Program-made: the position numbers and the translations under genes
Assembly (NCBI RefSeq): GCF_006345805.1
Contig: NW_021834657.1
Coordinates: forward strand, 1-45,833
Direction: 5' to 3'
Origin: Octopus sinensis
Taxonomy: Eukaryota
Length of the DNA stretch: 45,833 bases
Notes under the pieces: generated by a model
Told to the model about the DNA's origin: nothing
Databases searched by the model: none
The model's input: the letters and a program-made list of their open reading frames with translations, nothing else
Shown here: positions 1-11,432 of the stretch, piece by piece
Layout: each line of letters begins with the position of its first letter
Numbering within the stretch: position 1 is the stretch's first letter

Positions 1-483
1 CACCCTCTCTCCCGAAAGCTCTCCCACTCTTATTCACCTCTCTTAATCTCTTTTATTGCCTTCTCTTCTCTGACCAAAAGTTTCGTAATTTTCCTCTATT
101 TTCCTTCCCTCTCTCTCTCTCTTTTTCCTACGACCACACACACACACACACTTTCCCCCTCTTTCTCTCAGCATTCTATACTTCTACTCAACTTATGTCA
201 CTACCTATCTCTCCTTCTCCGTCTCTCTCTCAACCTCTCTCGGTCTTTCTTCTCCTGTTTTTCTCCGTTACTCTCTCGAAGCCTCTCATAACCTCTCTCT
301 ATTGCTCACTCTACTTCTATCTCTCTCTCTACTTCTATCTCTCTCTATCTCTCCCCTCTCTCCCTTTCTTTATATCAGCCTTTCTCTCCACCTCTCACTT
401 CATCTCTCTCCATTTTCTCTGCCTCTTTTTTCATTTCTTTCTCTCTATTTCTCTACATCTCTCCCTCTTCATCTCTTTTCATT

Positions 484-526
<43 letters not shown>

Positions 527-920
527 TTATTTCTCTCTTTCTCACTTTGCACCTCTCTCTGCCTCTCTCATACTCTGCTCCTTCACTCTCTACATATTCT
601 TCTCCCTCTTCCTTCCTCTCCCCCTCTGCCTCTCACTCCACTAGTCTTTCTTTCTACTTCTTTCTCTCTCTCTTCCCCCTCTCCATTTTCTCGCCCCTTT
701 CTCTCTCTCTCTCAATCTCTCGATACTCTCCATCCACCCTCCCTGTTCTTCCCCTCGCCCTTCTTCCCCCACCACCAACCCTTCTTCCTCAATTTCCCCC
801 TATACTTAGTGATTAAGCAAATCAGAGTTATTTTAATTGTTGCCGCTCGAATAAACCAGAGTTTCTTTCTAAGTCCCCAAACGAACTCCCTTCCTCATCC
901 TCAGTCGCCACCCTAAACTG
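1..920. repeat. CT-rich polypyrimidine low-complexity tract with (CT)n runs
   Basis: The + strand is almost all C/T with (CT)n arrays (e.g. about 495-522); overlapping S/L/F-rich ORFs are artefacts. Confidence 0.9.
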
Positions 921-1180
921 AGTTCACGATTCCCCTCCCAATCCAAACCCCTCCTGTTCCCTATTCGTATAGTTTACAGTGACGTCATCGAGTCGTCATA
1001 ACAGGATGTGGAAGATAACCATTACCGCCTCTCGTCTGATGGCCCTTTCCCTCACGTCCTTTCATCGAAGCTCCGCACTGTCATTCATATATATGCATAC
1101 ACAGGCACATATACACATACACACACATACACACACACACGCAAAATATATATATATATATAGTATATATATTCTATTGT

Positions 1181-1556
1181 TTTAGTCATCTTCACTGTGA
1201 CCATGCTGGAGCATCACCTTTAGTCGAACAAATCTATCCCAGGACTTATTCTTTCTAAACCTAGTACTTATTCTATCGGTCTCTTTTGCCGAACCGCAAA
1301 GATACGGGGACATAAACACACCAACAACGATCGACAAGCAATGGTGGAGGGGACAAACACACACACACACAAACACACAAACAACCACACACACATATAT
1401 ACGACGGGCTTGTTTCAGTTTCCGTCTACCAAATCCACTCATAGGCTTTGGTTGGCTTGAGGCTATAGTAGAAGACACTTGCCCAATGTGCTACACAGTG
1501 GGACTGAACCCGGAACCATGTGGTTGGGAAGCAAGCTACTTACCACACAGCGACTC
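1181..1556 (-). mobile_element. tRNA-headed SINE, family A (internal TA/TG microsatellite)
   Basis: Reverse complement gives head ...GCTGTGTGGTAAGTAGCTTGCTTCCCAACCACATGGTTCCGGGTTCAGTCCC (A- and B-box-like), then the body shared with copies at 2741, 14679 and 18177. Confidence 0.85.
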
Positions 1557-1859
1557 TCTCTCTCTCTCTCTCTCTTTCTATATGTATATATGTACTTGCA
1601 TAAATGTAAACATAAGCACGCATGCGCTTACAGTTACGTAAAAATATTCCCTCATGCATTGATGTTATAAACATACACACGCCTGCACACAAACACATAT
1701 ACACACACACACACATACATATGAATGCATACTTACATGCACACACACACACACACACATACTTGCACACATGCATACACCACTGTAGAAAGTGAATAAT
1801 TCCTGTTTGCAAGAGAATTGGATGTAATTTGAGTCTGGTTTGGCTTTCATTTCTCGCAG

Positions 1860-1917
1860 GTTGAGTTCATGCACACGTTCCCTGGATATCTTGCTCAACA
1901 TGTGTATGTATATGCAG
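1860..1917 (+). CDS. Candidate isolated internal exon (58 nt), product unknown
   Basis: Acceptor CTTTCATTTCTCGCAG|G and donor CAG|GTATGT; phase-0 reading VEFMHTFPGYLAQHVYVYA is open. No homology recognised and the 3' end overlaps TG/TA-like sequence. Confidence 0.25.
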
Positions 1918-1962
1918 GTATGTATATATACATCTGTGTATATCTCTGCGTATATATACTTG

Positions 1963-2510
1963 AATAACGGGAAGATACTGGCTAGAGCTGGTAACTTCTA
2001 CATAAACAGTGATCCTGACAGAATCTATGTTAAGAGGAGGGCTGGAATGAGTGGGATGCGATCTGTCCAGATGGTCTTTTAGTAGATTATCGTATTACTA
2101 TCAGACAACACGTAAAGAATAGTAAAGAGGGCAATGACTATATCGTATATTTATTCAATAGTGAACAACAGTGCCATCTCGAGTGTAAGTGAATAACTGA
2201 ATAAGTACGTGAATGCACAGCTTTTCTGGGTGACAGAAGGAATAGCTGCACTAACCTATCTAGAGAAAATTATATATTGGTACAAGTTTCGTAAGCTTAA
2301 AGGTAAACTCCGATATTGACTGGAAAATACCATCTCCTTAATTTCCAATAGATACACCCCATCGAATTTAGAAATATAAAGATTCTCCTCCTATGTAGCA
2401 ATAAATAACTACCAATATCTGGACAGCAGCAGATAAGAATGTTGGGATAAAAACCAATGTCGCTTGTATCGTAGCAATTTTGAAACTAACAAAACATATG
2501 AAGAATGGAA
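1963..2510 (+). mobile_element. Decayed R4/Dong-like (RLE-type) non-LTR retrotransposon fragment, region C-terminal to RT
   Basis: Translates KILARAGNFYINSDPDRIYVKRRAGMSGMRSVQ, resembling the SDxDRLYxxRxxGGRGLxS motif of RLE-type LINEs; a degenerate zinc-knuckle start (CRLY...FET) lies at about 2458. Multiple stops and frameshifts. Confidence 0.6.
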
Positions 2511-2740
2511 TGTGTCGCCCTGATGGGGCAGCAGTCACCTAAAACGCATCAATGACCCCACCCAACCCATGAGAAACATTTCTCAGCTGTTCTTCAACCA
2601 ACTTGTATATACTGAATGTCGGGACATGCACCGGGATCATTCTCACCAATCCAACAGTGAATTTTGGCAAATTGGCTCCAAATCTTTCATTTTAGTTGAT
2701 GTTGTGTGGTTTCTCCACATTAAAAGAAATTATTGATACC

Positions 2741-3130
2741 GGCGCAGGTGTAGCTGTGGAGTAAGAAGTTTTCTGCCAAACCACATGGTTCTGGGTTCAG
2801 TCCCACTGCGTCGCACTTCGGGCAGGTGTCTTCTACTATAGCCTCTGGCCGGCCAAAGCCTTATGAATTGATTTGGTAGACGGAAACTGTTAGAAGCCCA
2901 TCGTGTGTGTGTGTATGCGTATGTATGTGTGTGTGTGTGTGAGATCACTGCTTCACCGCTGTTGGTATGTTTACGTTCCAGTAACATTGCGGTTCGGCAA
3001 AAGTGACTGATAGAATAAGTACCGAACTTCAAAAAAATGAATGAATGTAGTGGGGATGATTCATTCGACTAATATTCTTCATTGCGGTGCCCCAGTATGG
3101 CCGCAGTTTAATGACTGAAACAAAGAAAAG
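2741..3130 (+). mobile_element. SINE family A, near full length
   Basis: GGCGCAGGTGTAGCTGTGGAGTAAG head, GGTTCAGTCCC B-box-like motif, internal (TG)n, tail ...AATGACTGAAACAAAG; matches the other copies. Confidence 0.85.
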
Positions 3131-3164
3131 AAAAAAAGGTAAATATTTAAAACTTGTTACTTTT

Positions 3165-3330
3165 ATCAGATGGGGATTGTATTGACCCCCTATACGGTAT
3201 TTTATTGTATCAATCCCGTGGAAATGAAAGGTTAAGTTGACTTCGGCGGGATTTGAACTCAGAACGTATAGAGCCGAAACAAACACGCTAAACCTTTTTC
3301 CCGATGCTCCAATGATTCGGTTAATCCACA
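3165..3330 (-). mobile_element. SINE family B, diverged
   Basis: Contains GAAAGGTTAAGTTGACTTCGGCGGGATTTGAACTCAGAACG, matching the reverse complement of family B copies at 9753 and 19870. Confidence 0.7.
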
Positions 3331-3479
3331 TGAAAATAATAGCACATTTTGTCTGTTCTCGCTTAGTAACGAGCCATCAGAATTTAAGAATGATATCTTC
3401 GTCAATTTAATCAACTTTACTACTTCATTGGTTTATAATTTATCGTCCAAAGAAAATGCAACACAATGAGAACTGGCAG

Positions 3480-3700
3480 ATATTCAACGAAGATCGGCTA
3501 CTGCAGCTTCTACCCATAGAGCATATTCAATATATTAGAAATAGTAGCCAAATATTTCCTCCTAAAACCACAAACTATTATTTTAAAAAGCGGAAAGACA
3601 AATTAGATAACGTTTTCCTAAATATTTCTAAAGAGAGAGATCATAGCTGGAATGCTTTTGATCATGTGACTTTTGGATTAAAGCTGAGCAAGGCGAAAGC
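3480..3700 (+). repeat. Dispersed repeat family D (SINE-like 3' body)
   Basis: GATCATAGCTGGAATGCTTTTGATCAT is similar to 30340-30400 and 36780-36830. Confidence 0.45.
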
Positions 3701-4977
3701 AACCACACAACATCAACTAGAATGACATATGTTCTACGCAATAATTTGTATTTAAGCTTGCTTCTTAAATCCAATTTTGTAGACATAACCCCTAGAGAGA
3801 ACGTATGTGGTTCTGACAACACAAAGATCCAGATTACGTTTGTGGTTCGCAAAATTTCAGTTTCCGTGAATACCATATGCTTATGTACACAACGTGTGTC
3901 CGTCTAAATATGCCTACACACACACACCACACACACACTCAGCAACAATATGCATTTATGCACACAAAGACTATACACGTATAAACGATGTAGGTACGTG
4001 TATATTTGTGGGTCTTTATCTACACACACGTATATTTAAATATATAACCAAATAAATATCACACACACACATACATATATATTCGTAAATATCTGCGTGC
4101 GCGCGCACACACATACACACACACACACACGCGCACGCAGGCATATACAAATATATAGTCATACATATATATTTGCGTATAATCATTTGTGTGTGTGTGT
4201 ATACATATATATAATACACACACATGTATATGATATACTCATACACACACATAGATATATGTAATACGTGTACCTTATATATGTTTGTGTGGGATATATA
4301 TGTGTGTATATACATATATATGTATGTGTATTTCTGTTTATACATATTTGTATATGTCAGTGTGTTTGTGTATATGTATGTATTATATATATAGATATAT
4401 ATATATATATATATATATAATATGTATATGCTGTATATAATATATGTATATGCTCTATATAATATATGTATGTAATATGTATATATGTGTGTATAATATA
4501 TGCTGAGGCCGTGGCAGGTTATAAAATTTTAATGGACCTACCAACTTGAAAGAGCAATAAGGAAATTCGACATAGACTCTAATGAAAAAGATTTCGTTGT
4601 ATCATTGCCATGTCTTCAGTAGAAAGTCTTGCGAAACAAACTGGTCTCTGCGCACGCGTGTCTGTGTCAGTGAGAAGATATAGATGAAAATACCTGGATG
4701 TCAATGTATGTGTGTGTGCGTACCTAGAGATAGCCATCTTGCAAAATGGCAGTTGATTTTATTAAATCTCCATTAAAACCATAAAATAGATTTAGTTGGT
4801 TTTTTTAATAATGTTGGATATAAGCATTTGATGTTGTTGTTATGCGTGTTGCTCTTGTTCTTTTATTTCCTCGCATTCCTTATAAACACTAATGCAGTTC
4901 TTGTTGCGCTTCCTCGTCCCCATCATCACCCCACCTCCATCATCATCACCATCATCATCCTGCTCTATTTTTCTCGA

Positions 4978-5150
4978 TTCTTCTTCTTCTTCTTCTTCTT
5001 CTTCTCTTCTTCTTCTTCTTCTTCTTCTTCTTCTTCTTCTTCTTCTTCTTCTTCTTCTTTCTTTCTCTTCTTCTTCTTCTTCTTTTTCTTTTTCTTTCTT
5101 CTTCTTCTTCTTCTTCTTTCTTTTCCTTCTTCTTCTTTCTTTTTCTTTTT
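4978..5150. repeat. (TTC)n microsatellite
   Basis: Long TTC array, degenerating at the 3' end. Confidence 0.95.
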
Positions 5151-5699
5151 TCTATTATTCGTCTTTTCTTTTACATTTTTATTCGCTTTTATTATTGTTT
5201 GATTTTAGTTATTAATACCTTAGTAATAATTGCGGCAGCAGCAGTGGTGGTAATAGTTGTAGTGGTAGTAATAGTAGTAGTAGTAATGGTGTTGGTGTTG
5301 GTGGTAGTAGTAGTAGCAGAGGCTGCAGCAACAGGACTAGAAGTAAAAAGAAAATGGAGGAGCAAAGAAATGAGAAATCTAAGTAGATGATGATTACGAT
5401 GATGATGATGATGATAATGATGGAGGAAGACAAAGACGGAAAAACAAGAACAAAATATCAGGAAGAGAAACGAAAAAGAGGAGTAAATGCTGCATTTGTT
5501 GTTGTTCTTGTTGCTATTTCCATTCTCTTTCGTTAGATTGTCTTTTATCAAGGGACGGCCATTTTGGCTCATTGGTCACGTGATGAGAATTCCGTGGAGA
5601 AAGTCGTTATAATTGGTTTATAACGACTTTTTACGATGTCAGTGGAAATCCTCTTCCTTCCACCACACCCGTTGCTGGCAGCATCAATACTTGCTTACA

Positions 5700-5778
5700 C
5701 ACAAACACACGGGTATACATATATACATAGGCATATATATATATATGTGTGTGTGTATGTATATATATATAAGTATGC

Positions 5779-5809
<31 letters not shown>

Positions 5810-6170
5810 GGTGTGTATATGTATATATAAGTATGCATGTATATATATATATATATTATATATATGTGTATGCATGTATATGTATATATATATGTATATG
5901 TTATATATATATATATATATGCATATATATGTATACATATATGTATATATATGTGTATATATGTGTATATATATATATGGTGTATATATGTGTGTATATA
6001 TGTGTATATATATGTATATATATATGTGTGTATCTATGTGTATATATGTGTGTATATAAATGTGTATATATGTGTGTATATATGTGTATATATGTGTGTA
6101 TATATGTGTATATATATATGTATATATATATGTATATATGCATGTGTATATATGTATGCATATATCTGTA
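5700..6170. repeat. (TA)n/(TATGTG)n compound microsatellite
   Basis: Direct inspection; source of the Y/I/C/M/V-rich spurious ORFs. Confidence 0.95.
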
Positions 6171-6319
6171 TCTCTGTCTTTCGGGATTGCCCTGCTCTCT
6201 GACTGCCTGTCTGTCTGTTTAGGGAGGTAGGGAAGGAGGTAGATCGAGAGATAAATCTTGATTTGTATCTCGGGATTATTGTTTGACCTCTTTTCTATCT
6301 ACCTCCTCTTTTTGTACTC

Positions 6320-6320
<1 letters not shown>

Positions 6321-6396
<76 letters not shown>
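6321..6396. repeat. (TATC)n microsatellite
   Basis: Perfect TATC array. Confidence 0.95.
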
Positions 6397-6401
<5 letters not shown>

Positions 6402-6587
6402 GTCTGTCTATGCATTTGTATCAATGCGTAAAAATGTTGGAAATACACACACACACACACACGCATATGCGTATTGCCTACTTGCAACTGATGCTTGCAA
6501 ATATTTGAAAATTACTGTGAGTAACGGACTTAATCATTACTTCATCTGAGTTGTGCGTGTGTAGAAGAGCTTTATATATATATATAT

Positions 6588-6790
6588 AGTTGAAATTTAC
6601 AGAAAACGAAAGATGATGACAAGTGAAGGAACAACAAGGAGGCGTTTTAGCTTGACGCTCGGAAAAATGAAAAAGTCTTTTATGTTTCGAGCCTATGCTC
6701 TTCAACAGAAAGGAATAAGAGAAAATATGCAGAGAGAGAGAATGAAAACTAAACAAAAATAAAACGTGTAGATTTAGCGGTCAAGCGGTC
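6588..6790. repeat. Dispersed repeat family E, copy 1
   Basis: Shares GTTGAAATTTACAGAAAA, AAAGTCTTTTA(T/C)GTTTCGAGCCTATGCTCTTCAACAG and GATTTAGCGGTCAA with 11638-11826. Confidence 0.8.
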
Positions 6791-6964
6791 AATATATATA
6801 TATACCACATGTAATTTCCAACCATGTAATCTACAGAGGCTGGGTCGTGGGAATCTTTTCAATCTATTGTCTATAATATTGTTAACATGTGCCAAAGTCA
6901 GTCTGAGATGAAGTGGATGATCATTGCTATGACTGACATAGAACCCATCAATTATTGTAGCCGT

Positions 6965-7122
6965 TTATATTGTTGCGGTTGCTGACCCCAGGTCAGTCCC
7001 TTCATGAAATGCCACACGTTTCGTTTCTGAAGCAAGTATGTCAAAGTAATCTCTCATGTCCAACATTTTCCTGGACGCTAATCTTTAATTTGACGGACAT
7101 TTGGCAGTTCTTTCTAGTTAGA
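6965..7122 (-). repeat. Dispersed repeat family D, reverse copy
   Basis: Reverse complement ends GGACTGACCTGGGGTCAGCAACCGCAACAA, like the GCTGACCTAGGGCTAAA / TTGACCTGGGGTTAAATAAC ends of other copies. Confidence 0.45.
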
Positions 7123-7128
7123 TTAGTG

Positions 7129-7184
<56 letters not shown>

Positions 7185-7189
7185 ATGTA

Positions 7190-7353
7190 GGCACAGGCGT
7201 GGCTGTGTGGTAAGAAGTTTGATTTCCAACCATTTGGTTCCGGTTTCAGTCACACCGTCGTGTACCCTGGGCAAGTGTCTTCTGCTATAACTTTGGTTCG
7301 ACCAAACACATATGAGTGGATTTAATGGGCGTAAACTGAAAAAGATGCCCGTC
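7190..7353 (+). mobile_element. SINE family A, 5' half
   Basis: GGCACAGGCGTGGCTGTGTGGTAAGAAG...CCCTGGGCAAGTGTCTTC...GCCCGTC, then a (TA)n array. Confidence 0.8.
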
Positions 7354-7510
7354 TATATATAATATATATTAATATATATATATATATATAATATTTTTAT
7401 ATATATATATATATAAATATTTTTATATATATATATATATAAAGATTTATATATATATATATATATATAAATATTTTTATATATATAATATATAAAGATT
7501 TATATATACA

Positions 7511-7543
<33 letters not shown>

Positions 7544-7545
7544 AG

Positions 7546-7581
<36 letters not shown>

Positions 7582-7585
7582 ATTT
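7354..7585. repeat. (TA)n array punctuated by AAATATTTTT and AAAGATTT anchors
   Basis: Direct inspection. Confidence 0.9.
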
Positions 7586-7780
7586 TGTAAAAATTACCTA
7601 ATACAGTTTTCAAAGGAGATTGTTTATTTAAAATCTATTTTTAAAAATAGTTAGAAACTCGTTTATCAGAATGATACTAACCTTTTACGGAAGAAGTTTT
7701 TTCTTAATATGGGCGAGCGCTTTTCATTGACCTTTTCAAATGCACGTGTTCTTGATATATATATATATATTATATATATA

Positions 7781-7829
<49 letters not shown>

Positions 7830-7834
7830 TATAA

Positions 7835-8227
7835 TCTTTATATATAAAAGTCAAGTTGTGTGTCTGTCTCCACGATTTAGATTCCTAACTAATCCCCACA
7901 TTTGCGGTGCAGTTTAACCAAAACCGGGTATCTTATAGTCGTGATTCATATCGAGCCCTTCTGGGTATTAGCGCGCGTCTACGATAAGTCTATGATTTAA
8001 AAAAAAATTACCATCATTTTTTTCCATTTTAATGCATTTTTCGCTATTAAATAAGGGAAGTAACTCTCTAAAATGTCTACGATTAGTCAACGATTTAAAA
8101 AAAATTTACCATCATTTTTTTCCCATTTTTAATGAATTTTTTTGCTATTTTTTGGCTATAACTCTCTAAAAATGCTTATATAGTTATTTCCCTTACAAAC
8201 CCGAGCAACGCCGGGCGATACTGCTAG
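7835..8227 (+). mobile_element. Non-autonomous Helitron (393 bp)
   Basis: Starts TC (TCTTTATATATAAAAG) after an A, ends CTAG before a T; GC hairpin CCCGAGCAACGCCGGG (8200-8215) lies 8 nt before the CTAG. All canonical Helitron hallmarks are present. Confidence 0.85.
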
Positions 8228-8309
8228 TATATATATATAATGTATGTATGTATATATATATATACACACCGTGTGTGTAACTATGTGCATTATCTATGCC
8301 TGTGTGTCT

Positions 8310-8480
8310 TTGTGTCTATCTCCCACACCATCACTTGACAGCCGATGTTAGTTTGTTCATGTCTTCTTTAGCTGTTCGGAAAAAGAGACCGATTGAATGA
8401 GTATTGGGCTTTAAAAAGGATGTAGTAGGCGGTTTCTCAGAATGGTCGCTGTGTAGTGGCTGTAGCAAGTAAAAAACAGC
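8310..8480 (+). mobile_element. SINE family A, diverged 3' half
   Basis: CCATCACTTGACAGCCGATG...GTTCGGAAAAAGAGACCGAT matches the family A body. Confidence 0.6.
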
Positions 8481-8789
8481 AAAAGTACATACATACATAC
8501 ATACATACATACATACATACATACATACACATACATACATACATATATATTCCACTTGTATTCATGTGATCTTTCCTCGAGTCGTTTTGTTAGAATCAAG
8601 TACCAGTCATGAATTGGAGCCTGGTGGTTCATCTAACCATCTCCTCGCAAACACTGTAGTCGTCTGCCTTAATTAGAAACTGTAGTTTTTTTCTTGTTCC
8701 TATTAAAAATTTCGCTATTGATGCAAATTCTTATTGTGGCCGCCATTAATATTCCAGGCTTTATCATCATTATTGACGTCGCCATTTTA

Positions 8790-9286
8790 GTTGTTGCTGT
8801 TGATCTTAATAATTTTCCAATTGTCACTTTTGTTGTTGTTGTTGTTTTTGTTTTTGTTTCCGTTGCTATTAATGATTTTCCAATTATGTTATTCTTGTTG
8901 TTGCTGTTAATATTTCTGTTATTGTTGTTGTATGAATTGTTATTGGTGTCGTCAATATTTTTGCCGTTGTTGTTGCTGTTGCAATGCCTTCTGCTGATGT
9001 TGTCGATCTCTTGTCGTTACTGTTTTTGTTATTGCTATTAATATTTTCGTCATCATTATTCTTGATGTTGTTGTTGATGTTGTTAAAATATCGTTGCTGA
9101 TATTGTTGCTGTAGTCGTCGTTGTTATTGCTGTCGCTGCTATTAATATTTTTTGCTATTATTATCATTCTCGCTGTTGTTGTTATTTAATTGCTGCTGCT
9201 GCTGATGATGATGATCTGTTGTTGCTGCTGATGATGCTGGTGCCATCTTTGTTGCTATTAATATTTTCGCCATTATTATATTATTA

Positions 9287-9364
<78 letters not shown>

Positions 9365-9752
9365 TTGGCAGTTGTTGTTGTTGGATGTCACAATTCATAA
9401 TAAGGCAGATTTATTATTGAATCACCGGAAGTTGTTGAAGATATTCCGTGCTTGCGAGCAATTATTTATGGGAGAAGGAAGTGAAGATTGTCGTTGTTGT
9501 CCTTGTTGTTGTTGTTTTTGTTTTTGATGACGTTGATAATTATTAAGATGACGACGACGAGGGTAATGTTGATGGTGGTCGTCGTCGTTCGTCGTAGTGA
9601 TAGCTATGTTGTTGATGATGATGAAGATGATGGTAGTAATGAGGATGAGGAAGATATAATGATCACTATAATCTTGATTAGGATGATGATAGTGATAAGC
9701 CTCAATGGTTATTCATCATCATTATTATTATTATCATTATTATTATTATTAA
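8790..9752. repeat. Mixed trinucleotide low-complexity region including (ATT)n at 9272-9364
   Basis: GTT/GCT/GAT/ATT runs; poly-L/I ORFs are artefacts. Confidence 0.9.
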
Positions 9753-10540
9753 GAGGGCCAGCTGGCAGAATCGTTAGCATACCGGTCAAATTACTTGGCA
9801 TTTCGTCTGTCTTTGTGTTCTGAGTTCAAATTTCACTGAGGTCGACTTTGTCTTTCATCCTTTCAATGTCGATAAAATAAATACCAGTTGAACACTGGGG
9901 TCACTGTAATTGCCTTACCCCTCCCCAAAGTTGCTGGCCATGTGCCAGTATTTGAAATCATTATTATTGCGGCGGTGTGCTGGCTGAATCGTTAGGATAC
10001 CAGACAAAATGCTTAGCAGCCTTTCGTTCGTCTTTATGTTCTGAGCTCACAACCGCGGTCGACTTTGCCCTTCATCCTTTCGGGTTCGATAAAGTAAGAA
10101 CAAGCCAAGTACTGGCGTCCACATAATCGACTGGATCCCTTTCCTAAAATTTTAGATATTGCGTTTAAAGCAGAAAGTAATATTATTATAAAGGTAGCGA
10201 GCTGGCGGAATCGTTAGTGCCGGAGAAAATGCGTAGCGAAATTTCTTCCGAGTCCTTATGTTTTAAGTTCTCATTCTTTTCATCATTTCGAGATCGATAA
10301 AATAAGTACCAGTTGAGCAATGGGGTCCGTGTAATCGACTTCCTTTCCTCTTAAAATCACTGGCGTTTTGCCAAAAATATTTTAATCATATAAAATTGGC
10401 AAGCAGGCAGAACCGTTAGCAGCGTTTTGTCGGTTTTTACGTGTTGAGTTCAAATTCCGCCGAGGTTGACTTTACTGTTCATCCTTTTGGGGTCGATAAA
10501 TCAATTACCAGTCGAATACTGGGATTTGATAATATTATTG
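9753..10540 (+). mobile_element. Head-to-tail array of four SINE family B copies
   Basis: Heads (C/G)TGGC(A/T/G)GAA(T/C)CGTTAG recur at about 9753, 9970, 10191 and 10395; each copy has a GTCGACTTTG...TTCATCCTTT...TCGATAAA...ACCAG-like core and an AT-rich/ATT tail. Confidence 0.85.
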
Positions 10541-10940
10541 TTATTATCCAATCTAGGCGACCTTTGAAGGCCGCTACTACTACTTCCAAACGTGACATAC
10601 ACAAAAAGAACAAGATGAATTATTAGTTGTGTAGATTGCGACTGAACACTGCAAAATAAAGCTCGGCGAATAACACGGTTTCGAATCTCATTAACGCGCA
10701 TGGTCCTTTACTTAGGACCAGAAAGATAATCCATCATATTTCTGCAACACCTGTATTTTTCTGAGATGTCTTTAGTTATTCATCAAGACTGGAGTGACTT
10801 TCAAACATTGGAATGCAATCTTTTATTATATATTTAGAATCAGATAAAGCTGTATAAAAAAATAATTTTGATAGTAAATCAGATAAAAAACATTCGGACA
10901 CTGATGGGTTAAATCACACATTGCATGTAACTTTGTAAAT

Positions 10941-11080
10941 GGAAAGCCTGATTTGGGGATTAGGGTGTTCGCATCACGATCACAAGATCATAGGTTCAAT
11001 TCCAAAGATGTGTTGTGTTCTTGAGCAAAGCATGTCAGTTCACGTTGCTCAAATTTACTCAGCCGAAAGTAAGTGGTAGC
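10941..11080 (+). mobile_element. SINE family C (tRNA head plus CORE-like block), diverged
   Basis: GGTTCAATTCC B-box-like motif followed by GTGTTCTTGAGCAAAGCA...TTCACGTTGCTC, similar to 19167-19472. Confidence 0.65.
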
Positions 11081-11432
11081 TTAGTGATATTGCATCTCTG
11101 TTTCTCTCTCTCTCTCTCTCTCTCTCCTCATCTTCGATGATCCGCTGGAGGATAAGTAAGAAGGCCGGGAATAGCTCTACGCCTGCTAATGACTACATAA
11201 GCACAAGTAATTAACATGATACAAGCAACGGGGTCATACTAGCTGTCGAATGTCAGTAATGTTTTTTTTTCGAATACGTTGAAGTATGACCATTGAAACT
11301 CATGATCATCACAACATCCCATTCATTATTATGTAAAAAAAGATTAAGTCCTCTCTCCTCAATAACGAAATAACGGCGTTTGTATATAAGTTTTGGGGGT
11401 AGATTATATATGTGTGTGTAACACATGTGTAT

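Noticed and set aside
980-987. CRE palindrome TGACGTCA
   Set aside because: A single 8-mer with no corroborating context.
4828-5572. Poly-Ser/Leu/Phe and poly-His/Thr ORFs
   Set aside because: (TTC)n, (GTA)n and (GAT)n repeats; no domain content.
10691-10912. piggyBac-like right end GGGTTAA at about 10906-10912
   Set aside because: No matching TTAACCC left TIR found nearby.
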